From IMG/VR virus record IMGVR_UViG_3300028569_002417, positions 124,001 through 188,000 of that record: 64,000 bases of DNA. The stretch is one strand, 5' to 3'. The position numbers and the translations under genes were made by a program. The notes beneath the pieces were generated by a model. The model was not told where the DNA came from. It was given only the letters and a program-made list of their open reading frames with translations, and did not search any database. Of this stretch, positions 9,079-18,118 are shown one piece after another. Within the stretch, counting starts at the first letter, position 1. Every line of letters starts with the position of its first letter.

Positions 9079-10475
9079 TTCAAATCCCCTAACAAATCTT
9101 TAAGCTTTGCCATGGGTTCATCCCAATTTCTTGGTTTTATTTGCCTTAGCAGTGTTACATTTTCACCATACCAAGGGGTTTTCTCTGTTGAGTGACACCA
9201 AGTGTAGTATGCTGAAATTGGAATGAAAATATAAACCTTTTTGCCTTGTGATGCAGCCATATGAGCAATACTTGTGCATGATGTAATGACAATGTCAAGA
9301 TTACTGATTAGGGCAAAAGTATCTTCAATTGTTTCTAGCTTATCATTATAATCAACAATATTAGGGAAATCAACAGTTTCTTCTACTCCATCATCTCTTT
9401 GCAGACTAATGAAATGAGCATCAATATGACCAATATTTGAATAAAGCTGAGAGACAGGATAGGATCGATGTAGATCTTGTTCGTAATTCTTACTTCCCTT
9501 CCAACGAATACCGATTTTCGGCTTATCTGTTTCAATTTTCCATTTGTTCTGGAATTCTGGACAAGGTTTTAGATATGGTTCTTTCCATAAATCTGCATAT
9601 CCAAGATTCAAATAAATTGGTAATTGCATTGAATATGTCCACATGACATCAGGCATATGCAATGCTTCTTCCAAATCTTGAATGACAGGATAACCATTTT
9701 TTACAAAAAGGTCAGTTATTCCTTGTCTATCATTTTTTTTATTTTTCTGTGTAGCTTCATACCAATAGGCATTAATGCCACGTTCTTTCAAATGATTCAT
9801 AAATCGAATATTGATGATCTCATCGCCGATTCCTGCTTCGGCATAAACAACAAGGTTTTTTACATCTGGAGAACCTTGCCAAAATGGCAGATTCAAAGCA
9901 TTATTTTTTGCAAATATTGTTTGTGTATTCCAAAGTTTCATCTTGGCTCCACCCAAGAGAAATTGTCTCATTCCTTTTTGGAATTTATCTTCATAAAGAT
10001 AATATGTCCCCAAGTTGAATTCAATCTTATCACGAATTTCTTCAGGAATATCATCGCTCAACAATGCTTTTTCAAGTATTTTTTGAGCTTCAGGTTTTCT
10101 GTTTAGCAAATAAAGAGCATAAGACTTATGAAGTTCGATTTCACCAGATGATCCTGCTCCTTCATTGAAGCCAATGTATATCATTGCCTCTTCTGGCATA
10201 TTGGCGCTGTTGTAAACATTTATAAGATTGCTTCTTGTTACAAATACATGTTGTGCTGTTGGAGCAACAATTAAAGATGCCTTACCATGCTTTATTGATT
10301 TCTTATATTCTTTTATCTTAAAATAACATTTAGATAAATTATCATGTTGACCAAATAGTGAAGCTGATTCGGCAAAAGCATCAAGACATTGAACTGCAAG
10401 GTCTTTATGCCCAATTTTTTCAAGAGCAATTATAAATGGCTCTAGATCGCTTATGCCTTGTGGTTCTTGGCTCAT
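9075..10475 (-). CDS. TPR repeat protein with C-terminal GT9-like glycosyltransferase
   Basis: Helical TPR-like N-terminus; AEAGIGDEI, IGIRWKGS, FISLQ, NLDIVITSCTSIAHMAA. Confidence 0.8.
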   Translation of the reverse strand: MSQEPQGISDLEPFIIALEKIGHKDLAVQCLDAFAESASLFGQHDNLSKCYFKIKEYKKSIKHGKASLIVAPTAQHVFVTRSNLINVYNSANMPEEAMIYIGFNEGAGSSGEIELHKSYALYLLNRKPEAQKILEKALLSDDIPEEIRDKIEFNLGTYYLYEDKFQKGMRQFLLGGAKMKLWNTQTIFAKNNALNLPFWQGSPDVKNLVVYAEAGIGDEIINIRFMNHLKERGINAYWYEATQKNKKNDRQGITDLFVKNGYPVIQDLEEALHMPDVMWTYSMQLPIYLNLGYADLWKEPYLKPCPEFQNKWKIETDKPKIGIRWKGSKNYEQDLHRSYPVSQLYSNIGHIDAHFISLQRDDGVEETVDFPNIVDYNDKLETIEDTFALISNLDIVITSCTSIAHMAASQGKKVYIFIPISAYYTWCHSTEKTPWYGENVTLLRQIKPRNWDEPMAKLKDLLGDLN

Positions 10476-10777
10476 AGGTTCCTGATATATTGTTCGACTT
10501 TGTAGAAGTCTCCTACAATTCTACTGATACGGGAGTCTTTATCTTTTTCAACTAGTTCTTTTGATGGAACATTTTCACCCATATCTTGAATGAACTTCTC
10601 CAATCCAACTAAGTAAGACCAAAACCAATATTTTCTATTCCTAAGCCTTTTTTGAACATCCTTAACATATGTCTTCCAAGGAATTTTCCATTTTTTGAAA
10701 ATAACTACATATCTTTCCATCATCATGCGATTCTGTTCATCATAAAATTCAGGTTCAAAATCAGGACTGTCAAGCAT
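10472..10777 (-). CDS. hypothetical protein
   Basis: 101 aa; ATGA overlap with downstream gene. Confidence 0.7.
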   Translation of the reverse strand: MLDSPDFEPEFYDEQNRMMMERYVVIFKKWKIPWKTYVKDVQKRLRNRKYWFWSYLVGLEKFIQDMGENVPSKELVEKDKDSRISRIVGDFYKVEQYIRNL

Positions 10778-10836
10778 AAAATCCTTATTGATAAATTTAA
10801 CCCATTGCTATCTCGACACCGATATGATTTTCAATT

Positions 10837-11520
10837 CTAGACTTGCCATTTTTTTTTGTAAACACCCTTCATGTCATGAGTCATCTCATTTAATCTGTCG
10901 CCCATAAGTCTATGTGAGGCACTAAACTCATGATAAACATGGCTACCATTTACAAGAAAATGTTTTATATTCAACTTTTTCAAGGAATTAGCATAATCGT
11001 TGTCTTGATACCAGAATAAAAAATTCTCATCTAAAATTTTATTTTCACATAACATTTTTCTTTCAGCACAAATACACCAACCAACTAAATATTTTTCTAC
11101 TTCATATCCTTCCAAAAATTGTGATTTATATTCATCTGGAGTTAGTATTACCTTATGACGATTTGGCTCAAGAGGAGAAGCACTCTTCATATTATGAAGA
11201 ATCATGGTCTGAAGAAGAATCTCTGCTGAATTAGGACCAAATATCAAATCATTATTGCACATTAAGACAAAATCAGACTCGCAATATTGTAAACCTATGT
11301 TAAGGAATTTATTGTAATTAAAATCCTCACAAGGATGAATAACTTTACATCCATTATAGAAAAAAGAATCATTGTCTGAAGAACTGTTTGTTTCAACAAT
11401 TATTACATTTAACGACAAATTAGTATTGTTGCGAAACAAAGATGAGACACATCTTTGTGTAAGACCATAAAAAGACAAGTCTTTCGTGTAAGAAAGAATT
11501 ATAACATCTAATTTTTGCAT
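10837..11520 (-). CDS. GT2 glycosyltransferase
   Basis: VIILSY, FNYNKFLNIG, CNNDL, WYQDND. Confidence 0.85.
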   Translation of the reverse strand: MQKLDVIILSYTKDLSFYGLTQRCVSSLFRNNTNLSLNVIIVETNSSSDNDSFFYNGCKVIHPCEDFNYNKFLNIGLQYCESDFVLMCNNDLIFGPNSAEILLQTMILHNMKSASPLEPNRHKVILTPDEYKSQFLEGYEVEKYLVGWCICAERKMLCENKILDENFLFWYQDNDYANSLKKLNIKHFLVNGSHVYHEFSASHRLMGDRLNEMTHDMKGVYKKKWQV

Positions 11521-11523
11521 GAA

Positions 11524-12975
11524 TCAACCACCTAATTCCAACTCCTTAATTTCAACATTATGGCCTTCTTTCTTCAAAATATCAATTCTTTTGTTGCTAT
11601 GATCTTCCAGATAATCATTAATTTCAAAAACAAAGTCAAAATAATTCAATCTTTCTTTGTCATCTGCCGTTCTTAGTCCACGACCCATACGCTGAATAAT
11701 CATGTGATCAGCCTGACCACCAGCAGCGTTAATTAAATTGTTTGGATGGACGTTGATTCCAGTATTGAAAATTTGCTGAGTCGCAATTGCAATTAAATCG
11801 CCTTTAGCCTTCTGCAATTCTTTAATTACCGACTTTCTGGTAACGGCATTATCCTTGCCTTGAACCCAAAGACTATTGGGAAGAAGCTTATTTAGAGCAT
11901 CTCCATGGGCAATCCTATCAACTAGAATAAGAGTTCTTCCTCTTAGACTCTTAGCAAGACGAGTCACGACATCATGAAAATGAAAGCTTTCGGCAATTCC
12001 ACGAGTTACTGCATCGATATAAATATCATGTGGAATTTTTGGTTCACGGATTGGATAAAATATACACTTGCTCTTTGCCAAAATTCCACGGTCTTGCAAT
12101 TCAGAAGTAGTTAGAACTCCACCTTCTGCTGACTTAATCTTCAATATTGGCCCAAAGAAACCACGAACATAAAATTTTTGAACTTGATCTTTGCCACCAA
12201 ATTTGAAAGGTGTAGCACTTACTGCAACACGAATATCAGCAGACTTGAGACGACGATAAACAGCTTTTGGTAAAGCACTCATCATATCATGAATTTCATC
12301 GACAATAAGAACTTTTATTTTGGGTAATACTTTTTCCATTTTGGCAATAGATTGAACAGTTGCGACTGTGATCATACTGGGATTAACACTTCCTCCCCAT
12401 AATGAACCAACATTCGGCAATCCCCATTTAACAAACTCATCATAATTTTGCTGAGCCAAACTAGCTCTGTTCTGTAAAACCAATGTAGGTGTATTAGGAG
12501 CAATAGTTTTAAGGATACCGAGCATTACCAATGATTTTCCAGCAGAAGTAGGAGCATAAATCACACCTCTTCTGTGCTTAACAACTTGATTTATCATTTC
12601 AACTTGATAATCATAAAGTTCAAGAGACTTGATCTTGTCGCCAATACTGTTCGTTTCTGGAAGCCATTGATTAAGAAAAAGTTTGTCAACTTCTTGATAG
12701 GCGAAAAGGCTCTTAGTTCTTAAGTCTTCAACTGTATATTCTGTCTTGAAATGATTCAAAACAGCACTGACTTCAGGAAGCAAGCCAGTCAAAAATTTAC
12801 CTGTTTCTAATGCGAAAAAATTGATGAAGCCATCCCATTTCTTCATCTTATAAGCACGGTTGTGAAAATAATTTTTATCACGAAAACGCAATCTGTCCCA
12901 TAACTCTGTTCTAATTTTCATATCATCAGACAAGAAAAAAGAATAATCATTGTTGATTCGGAGGATGTTGGTCAT
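11524..12975 (-). CDS. uvsW: UvsW-like SF2 DNA helicase
   Basis: LYDYQ, APTSAGKS, VDEIH, SATP, QRMGRGLR; size and layout typical of T4 UvsW. Confidence 0.85.
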   Translation of the reverse strand: MTNILRINNDYSFFLSDDMKIRTELWDRLRFRDKNYFHNRAYKMKKWDGFINFFALETGKFLTGLLPEVSAVLNHFKTEYTVEDLRTKSLFAYQEVDKLFLNQWLPETNSIGDKIKSLELYDYQVEMINQVVKHRRGVIYAPTSAGKSLVMLGILKTIAPNTPTLVLQNRASLAQQNYDEFVKWGLPNVGSLWGGSVNPSMITVATVQSIAKMEKVLPKIKVLIVDEIHDMMSALPKAVYRRLKSADIRVAVSATPFKFGGKDQVQKFYVRGFFGPILKIKSAEGGVLTTSELQDRGILAKSKCIFYPIREPKIPHDIYIDAVTRGIAESFHFHDVVTRLAKSLRGRTLILVDRIAHGDALNKLLPNSLWVQGKDNAVTRKSVIKELQKAKGDLIAIATQQIFNTGINVHPNNLINAAGGQADHMIIQRMGRGLRTADDKERLNYFDFVFEINDYLEDHSNKRIDILKKEGHNVEIKELELGG

Positions 12976-13056
12976 CTTTTTTTAACTTCTCCTGAGATTG
13001 CTCTTTTGCACGAGACTTAATTAACCCAGATCTTGGGCCTGTAGTCTTCCTCTTTT

Positions 13057-13686
13057 TCACCTTTTTTCTTCCGCAACACATTCTTTATTTATCAACTTGT
13101 GTCTCAATAATTTAACCACTACTAAAGCATCTTCGATTGCTGTATGAGCAACTTCTCCTGCGATGCCTGCTCTTTCCATACACTTTTTCATGTCAGGAAG
13201 AGAATCATCATTTTCCAAATCAAAATACAATATAGCAGGATCTATAGAACGATTTAGAAAATAAATGCTTCCCCAATCCTTAATTTTTGATTTAAGGAAA
13301 GGAATGTCGAAAGAAGATAAATTCTTACCTGCTGGATTTATATAAATATTGCCATTTTTATCATTTTGATTATAACCATTTTTGAGAAAAAAGGCGGTAA
13401 GAGCAGTTGGTAAATGGTCTATCGCTATAAAATGAATGTCTTGATTTGGACAATATTCCATATTTTTCTTTTTAGCCATATCAATTTTTTTGAATATTTC
13501 CGAATGCATGCTTAAGGCAAATGGATTGCCCTTGTAGTTGTCCTGCATAAATATAGCTTGGAATCGAGGAAGTTCTTCAAGTGGCTTTGGGTTTTTCAAA
13601 TCATCTAAAACAACAGCAAACTGTAATATATCGCTGTTTTCCTGAGAAAGACCTGTTGTTTCAATGTCAATGCTAGCAAATTTCAT
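13057..13686 (-). CDS. DEDDh 3'-5' exonuclease (DnaQ/oligoribonuclease-like)
   Basis: IDIETTGL (ExoI), GKNLSSFD (ExoII), HTAIEDA (ExoIII). Confidence 0.85.
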   Translation of the reverse strand: MKFASIDIETTGLSQENSDILQFAVVLDDLKNPKPLEELPRFQAIFMQDNYKGNPFALSMHSEIFKKIDMAKKKNMEYCPNQDIHFIAIDHLPTALTAFFLKNGYNQNDKNGNIYINPAGKNLSSFDIPFLKSKIKDWGSIYFLNRSIDPAILYFDLENDDSLPDMKKCMERAGIAGEVAHTAIEDALVVVKLLRHKLINKECVAEEKR

Positions 13687-13721
13687 GATTTTGACCTCAT
13701 CAGAACGGTCTCCAAGTGCTT

Positions 13722-13750
13722 ATTGTACAGGAGTTTTTGGGAAAATTCAA
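13722..13750 (-). promoter_or_regulatory. sigma70-type promoter for exonuclease-uvsW
   Basis: Minus strand TTGAAT, 17 nt, TACAAT. Confidence 0.55.
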
Positions 13751-13772
13751 GAAGAATAAGTTTTGTGGCATG

Positions 13773-13784
13773 AAGTGCTAAATA
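13773..13784 (+). promoter_or_regulatory. candidate late promoter AAGTGCTAAATA
   Basis: Identical 12-mer at 20882-20893 (minus); TAAATA core like the T4 late promoter; followed by AAGGAG. Confidence 0.55.
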
Positions 13785-13804
13785 TATAAGGAGAAAAGTC
13801 AAAT

Positions 13805-14344
13805 ATGGCTGATGATTACACAATACTTAATCCCGGCGTTGGCGGGGATGTCATGGATGAATCACTTGTGGTTTATCCATCGTCTCCCACTAATCGCAAA
13901 AGACCCCGTGTTGTCATTACAGGGGAAGGTATTGATGATATAGTCCCAGCGCAAGTGACGAACCCTGTTGGAGATGAGTTCGGTTTAGTAACTAGACCAA
14001 TAGTTCCTAGCTACCCCGGAACTGAAGCAAATACGTTTGGAGATGTAGCTCTTGTTTTAACATCAACCGAAACAACAGTTGTCACTTATACTGTTCCAGC
14101 AAACAAAACATTTTATTTTATTGGATTTGTTGTTAGCGGAAATGCCAATGCTCTTTTTAAGCTTTATGTTGATGGAGTTGCAGTATTAGCTGGTCGTAGT
14201 TCAGTAGCAAATTTAACACTCAATTTGACTTACAGCTATTCTCCAATCAAAGTCCCAGAAGGAGTTACAATCGTTTTGAAAGTAACTCATGAGGTTTCTG
14301 TTGGTTGTGACTTTGAAGGAACAATACTAGGCTATATTCTGTAA
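13805..14344 (+). CDS. hypothetical beta-rich protein, probably virion structural
   Basis: V/T/G-rich 179 aa; late-type motif plus SD; adjacent to fibre genes. Confidence 0.7.
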   Translation: MADDYTILNPGVGGDVMDESLVVYPSSPTNRKRPRVVITGEGIDDIVPAQVTNPVGDEFGLVTRPIVPSYPGTEANTFGDVALVLTSTETTVVTYTVPANKTFYFIGFVVSGNANALFKLYVDGVAVLAGRSSVANLTLNLTYSYSPIKVPEGVTIVLKVTHEVSVGCDFEGTILGYIL

Positions 14345-14347
14345 AAT

Positions 14348-17300
14348 TTAGCCTTCTCTCCATCTACTCCAGAATGTATTATTCCTAACCATTTCTTCGT
14401 AGGTATGGGTTGCAAATCTCTTATGTGCAGCGCCAGCCCTTATTCCAGAAAGTCTTACTACGACTTCAATTTCATTGTCGATAATCTTATCACTTTCCAC
14501 ATCAATGATAATAAGATTGTCTCTCACATAAGCTCCGACACTAACTGGCATAGATGGAACAACACTTACAGGTTTTATTGTGTTAAAGGCACAAACTTGT
14601 AACAACCGATCATCAATAAATTTTGAAACATTTTCTGTTTTATGTCCTAATCCACCAACCTTGAATATGACGATATCCTCAAATCTAACTTCTGGCATTT
14701 CTACACAGATAAGTTCAACATATTCAGTTCCTTGTGAAGTAACAACAGGAAGAATCGCATACTTATCACCTTGTGGACCTTGAGGGCCTTGAGATCCTTG
14801 TAATCCATCTGCCCCAGCAGAACCTTGGAATCCTGCTCCTTGAGATCCTTGAGCTCCAGTTGGACCTGTAGGTCCAGTAGCGCCATTTGATCCTGCGGGT
14901 CCCGTAAATCCTATATCCCCTTGATATCCTTTTGTTCCACTTGGAACAAAAATTATGCTCAAAGATTCTTCGTTAAAAGGTGTTATTCCAGAAAGAGGTT
15001 GGACAACAATTTCATAAAAAACTCCATGATCTATTAAATAACCATTAACCGCCATTGTACAAATAGTTGATCCTGCGTTGTTGCCATTGATATAAATCAA
15101 ACCTGTAAAATTAGATCCATCATATAGATCATCAAAATAACTAATCCATAAACTTTGGTCAATACTATTAGCGTCAAATGCAGAAATATAAATTCTAGTA
15201 ACAGAACCTATCGAAAAATCGTTAAAACGAATTTTTCCACTACCGGGAGGAGTAGTTGGCGCATTAGTTACATCAGGATTAAATATATACTTTACACCAC
15301 CTTTATCTCCAATTCCTTGATTTCCTTGTAACCCTTGAAATCCGTCTGCTGGTCCTTGAAGACCTTGATTTCCTTGATTTCCTTGATATCCAAATCCTTG
15401 CAATCCTTGAAAACCTTGAAGACCTTGAAGACCTTGAAGACCTTGAAGACCTTGAAATCCTTGAAATCCTTGATGTCCTTGATTTCCTTGATTTCCTTGG
15501 TAACCTTGATTTCCTTGTTCTCCTTGAAATCCATCTGCTGGTCCTTGAAGTCCTTGATTTCCTTGATTTCCTTGGTAACCTAGACCTTGATAACCTTGAT
15601 TTCCTTGATAACCTTGATAACCTTGATAGCCTTGATTTCCTTGGAATCCGTCTGCTGGCCCTTGGAACCCTTGTCTTCCTTGATTACCTTGGAATCCTTG
15701 GAATCCTTGGAACCCTTGATTGCCTTGATTACCTTGATTTCCTTGGAATCCTGCACCTTGATTTCCTTGATTTCCTTGATTTCCTTGCTCTCCAACATCT
15801 CCTTGATAGCCTTGTTCTCCTATTCCTTGCCATCCTTGATGACCCTGTTCTCCCTGATGACCTTGTGGTCCTAATTCTCCTTGACTTCCTTGAACTCCTG
15901 TAGGTCCAGTATTGCCAGTATCTCCTTGGACTCCCTTAAATCCTTGTTCTCCTACACGTCCTTGACTTCCTTGATGTCCTTGTTCTCCTTGAGGCCCAAT
16001 CTCTCCTTGACGGCCTTGATGGCCTTGATAACCTTGATATCCACGATCTCCTTGATAACCTGCTCCTTGTCTTCCTTGATATCCTTGTTGACCTTGATAT
16101 CCTTGAAATCCTCTTGTTCCTTGAATTGGTCCTACGTTTTCCCATTGCGATCCGTCCCATATAATTCCATCTCCAACTTGTGCTGGGCTGGTATCTGCCC
16201 TAATTGGGGCAGGTACTGGACCAGATCCACAATCAGCATTTGCAGTATCAATCAAAATATACATGTCGCCAAAGCTTGGCGCTAAAATAACACAATTAAT
16301 ATATTGCCATGATTCAGAACCTCTTATTGCTATAGAAGGTCCAATTTCACCTTGATTTCCTTGATTTCCTTGATAACCAATATCTCCTTGATTTCCTTGA
16401 TAACCTTGTTCTCCTTGATATCCAGAACCTTGATATCCTTGATAACCTTGGTTTCCCTGATTTCCTTGATATCCTTGTTCTCCCTGATATCCCTGATCTC
16501 CTTTAGATCCTACTACTCCTTGATGTCCTTGTCTTCCTTGAAGTCCTATTGGCCCTGTATCTCCTAATTCACCTTGTGGTCCTTGTAAACCCGTTCTTCC
16601 TGTTGGTCCTTGTAGACCATCTCTCCCTTGTTGTCCAACACCTCTTTCTCCTTGACGACCCTGAGAACCCTGAGGTCCAGTATCGCCAATATCTCCTTGA
16701 CTTCCTTGACTTCCAATATCTCCTTGGCTTCCTTGGCTTCCAATATTTCCTTGATTTCCTTGATAACCAATATCCCCTTGATTTCCTTGGAATCCTTGAT
16801 TACCTTGTTCTCCCTGATTTCCTTGATTTCCTTGATAGCCAATATCTCCTTGATTTCCTTGGAATCCTTGATCTCCTTGATTCCCCTGATTACCTTGTTC
16901 TCCCTGATTTCCTTGATTTCCCTGATAACCATATCCTTGATATCCTTGATTACCTTGAGATCCTTGATCTCCTTGATCTCCTTGAGCGCCAATAACTCCT
17001 TGGGAACCTTGAGATCCTTGATTGCCTTGATAACCACGTTCTCCTTGATTTCCTTTTTCTCCTTGAGCACCAATTTCTCCTTGGCGACCTTGACGACCTT
17101 GATTTCCTTGTAATCCTATATCGCCCTTTTCTCCTTGAACTCCAATTTCTCCTTGGCGACCTTGACGGCCTTGATTTCCTTGATATCCTTCGCCTTTTTC
17201 TCCTTGTGATCCTTGCGCTCCTGTCAGTCCAAGATCACCTTGATTTCCTTGCAGGCCAATAATGCCTTGCAATCCTTGATATCCTGCTCCTTGTGTTCCT

Positions 17301-18094
17301 TGTGCTCCTGTTAGTCCAAGATCACCTTGATTTCCTTGATTACCTTGATTTCCTTGATATCCTGCTCCTTGTGTTCCTTGTGCTCCTGTCAGTCCAGCAT
17401 CACCTTGATTTCCTTGCAGGCCAATAATGCCTTGCAATCCTTGATATCCTGCTCCTTGTAGTCCTTGCAGTCCTTGTAATCCTTGTTCACCTTGAACTGT
17501 ACTTGGAGAACCTTGAGATCCTTGTGCCCCACGACCTCCTTGGCGACCTTGAAAACCTTGTAGTCCTTGTAATCCTTGAGTTCCATCAATTCCTTGATAA
17601 CCTATAACGCCTTGATATCCAGCACCTTGAAGACCTTGATATCCCTGAAGGCCAATAACGCCTTGATTTCCTATGATTCCTTGATATCCAGCACCTTGAA
17701 GACCTTGATATCCAGCACCTTGATTGCCTTGAAGTCCTTGATCTCCTTGATAGCCTGCTGGTGTTCCTTGATATCCTACAATTCCTTGTAAACCCTGATT
17801 GCCTTGAACTCCTACAATTCCTTGTAAACCTTGATTTCCTTGTGGACCCTGAACTGTACTTGGAGAACCTTGAGCTCCTTGCGAGCCTGCTCTTCCCTGC
17901 GGACCTTGAAGTCCTGTTGTTCCCGGAGTTCCTTGGCTACCTTGTGGACCTTGTTTTGATGCGTCAACTTGTGCGGAAACGACAAAGTCACGAATGTCTT
18001 GTGCGGTAATGCCACCTTCACTATTGTCGGCAAATATGCACAACAATTCTTCTTCTGTTCTTAGTGTTCCCGACTGGTTACATTGATTTGCCAT
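14348..18094 (-). CDS. collagen-like fibre protein 1 (Gly-X-Gln repeats with globular inserts)
   Basis: 1248 aa; hundreds of G-X-Q triplets; shares N-terminal cap and C-terminal EMPEVRFED domain with fibre 2. Confidence 0.9.
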   Translation of the reverse strand: MANQCNQSGTLRTEEELLCIFADNSEGGITAQDIRDFVVSAQVDASKQGPQGSQGTPGTTGLQGPQGRAGSQGAQGSPSTVQGPQGNQGLQGIVGVQGNQGLQGIVGYQGTPAGYQGDQGLQGNQGAGYQGLQGAGYQGIIGNQGVIGLQGYQGLQGAGYQGVIGYQGIDGTQGLQGLQGFQGRQGGRGAQGSQGSPSTVQGEQGLQGLQGLQGAGYQGLQGIIGLQGNQGDAGLTGAQGTQGAGYQGNQGNQGNQGDLGLTGAQGTQGAGYQGLQGIIGLQGNQGDLGLTGAQGSQGEKGEGYQGNQGRQGRQGEIGVQGEKGDIGLQGNQGRQGRQGEIGAQGEKGNQGERGYQGNQGSQGSQGVIGAQGDQGDQGSQGNQGYQGYGYQGNQGNQGEQGNQGNQGDQGFQGNQGDIGYQGNQGNQGEQGNQGFQGNQGDIGYQGNQGNIGSQGSQGDIGSQGSQGDIGDTGPQGSQGRQGERGVGQQGRDGLQGPTGRTGLQGPQGELGDTGPIGLQGRQGHQGVVGSKGDQGYQGEQGYQGNQGNQGYQGYQGSGYQGEQGYQGNQGDIGYQGNQGNQGEIGPSIAIRGSESWQYINCVILAPSFGDMYILIDTANADCGSGPVPAPIRADTSPAQVGDGIIWDGSQWENVGPIQGTRGFQGYQGQQGYQGRQGAGYQGDRGYQGYQGHQGRQGEIGPQGEQGHQGSQGRVGEQGFKGVQGDTGNTGPTGVQGSQGELGPQGHQGEQGHQGWQGIGEQGYQGDVGEQGNQGNQGNQGAGFQGNQGNQGNQGFQGFQGFQGNQGRQGFQGPADGFQGNQGYQGYQGYQGNQGYQGLGYQGNQGNQGLQGPADGFQGEQGNQGYQGNQGNQGHQGFQGFQGLQGLQGLQGLQGFQGLQGFGYQGNQGNQGLQGPADGFQGLQGNQGIGDKGGVKYIFNPDVTNAPTTPPGSGKIRFNDFSIGSVTRIYISAFDANSIDQSLWISYFDDLYDGSNFTGLIYINGNNAGSTICTMAVNGYLIDHGVFYEIVVQPLSGITPFNEESLSIIFVPSGTKGYQGDIGFTGPAGSNGATGPTGPTGAQGSQGAGFQGSAGADGLQGSQGPQGPQGDKYAILPVVTSQGTEYVELICVEMPEVRFEDIVIFKVGGLGHKTENVSKFIDDRLLQVCAFNTIKPVSVVPSMPVSVGAYVRDNLIIIDVESDKIIDNEIEVVVRLSGIRAGAAHKRFATHTYEEMVRNNTFWSRWREG
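17006..17182. repeat. 177-bp near-identical block, copy 1 (copy 2 at 19412-19588)
   Basis: By-eye alignment shows 2 mismatches. Confidence 0.85.
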
Positions 18095-18118
18095 TTTTTA
18101 TTCTCGCTCTTTATTAAG

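Noticed and set aside
12947-13060. 37-aa basic GTG ORF overlapping the uvsW start, with an A7 run suggesting a frameshift fusion
   Set aside because: Fusion needs +1, not the classical -1 shift, and uvsW has a normal N-terminus at ATG 12975.
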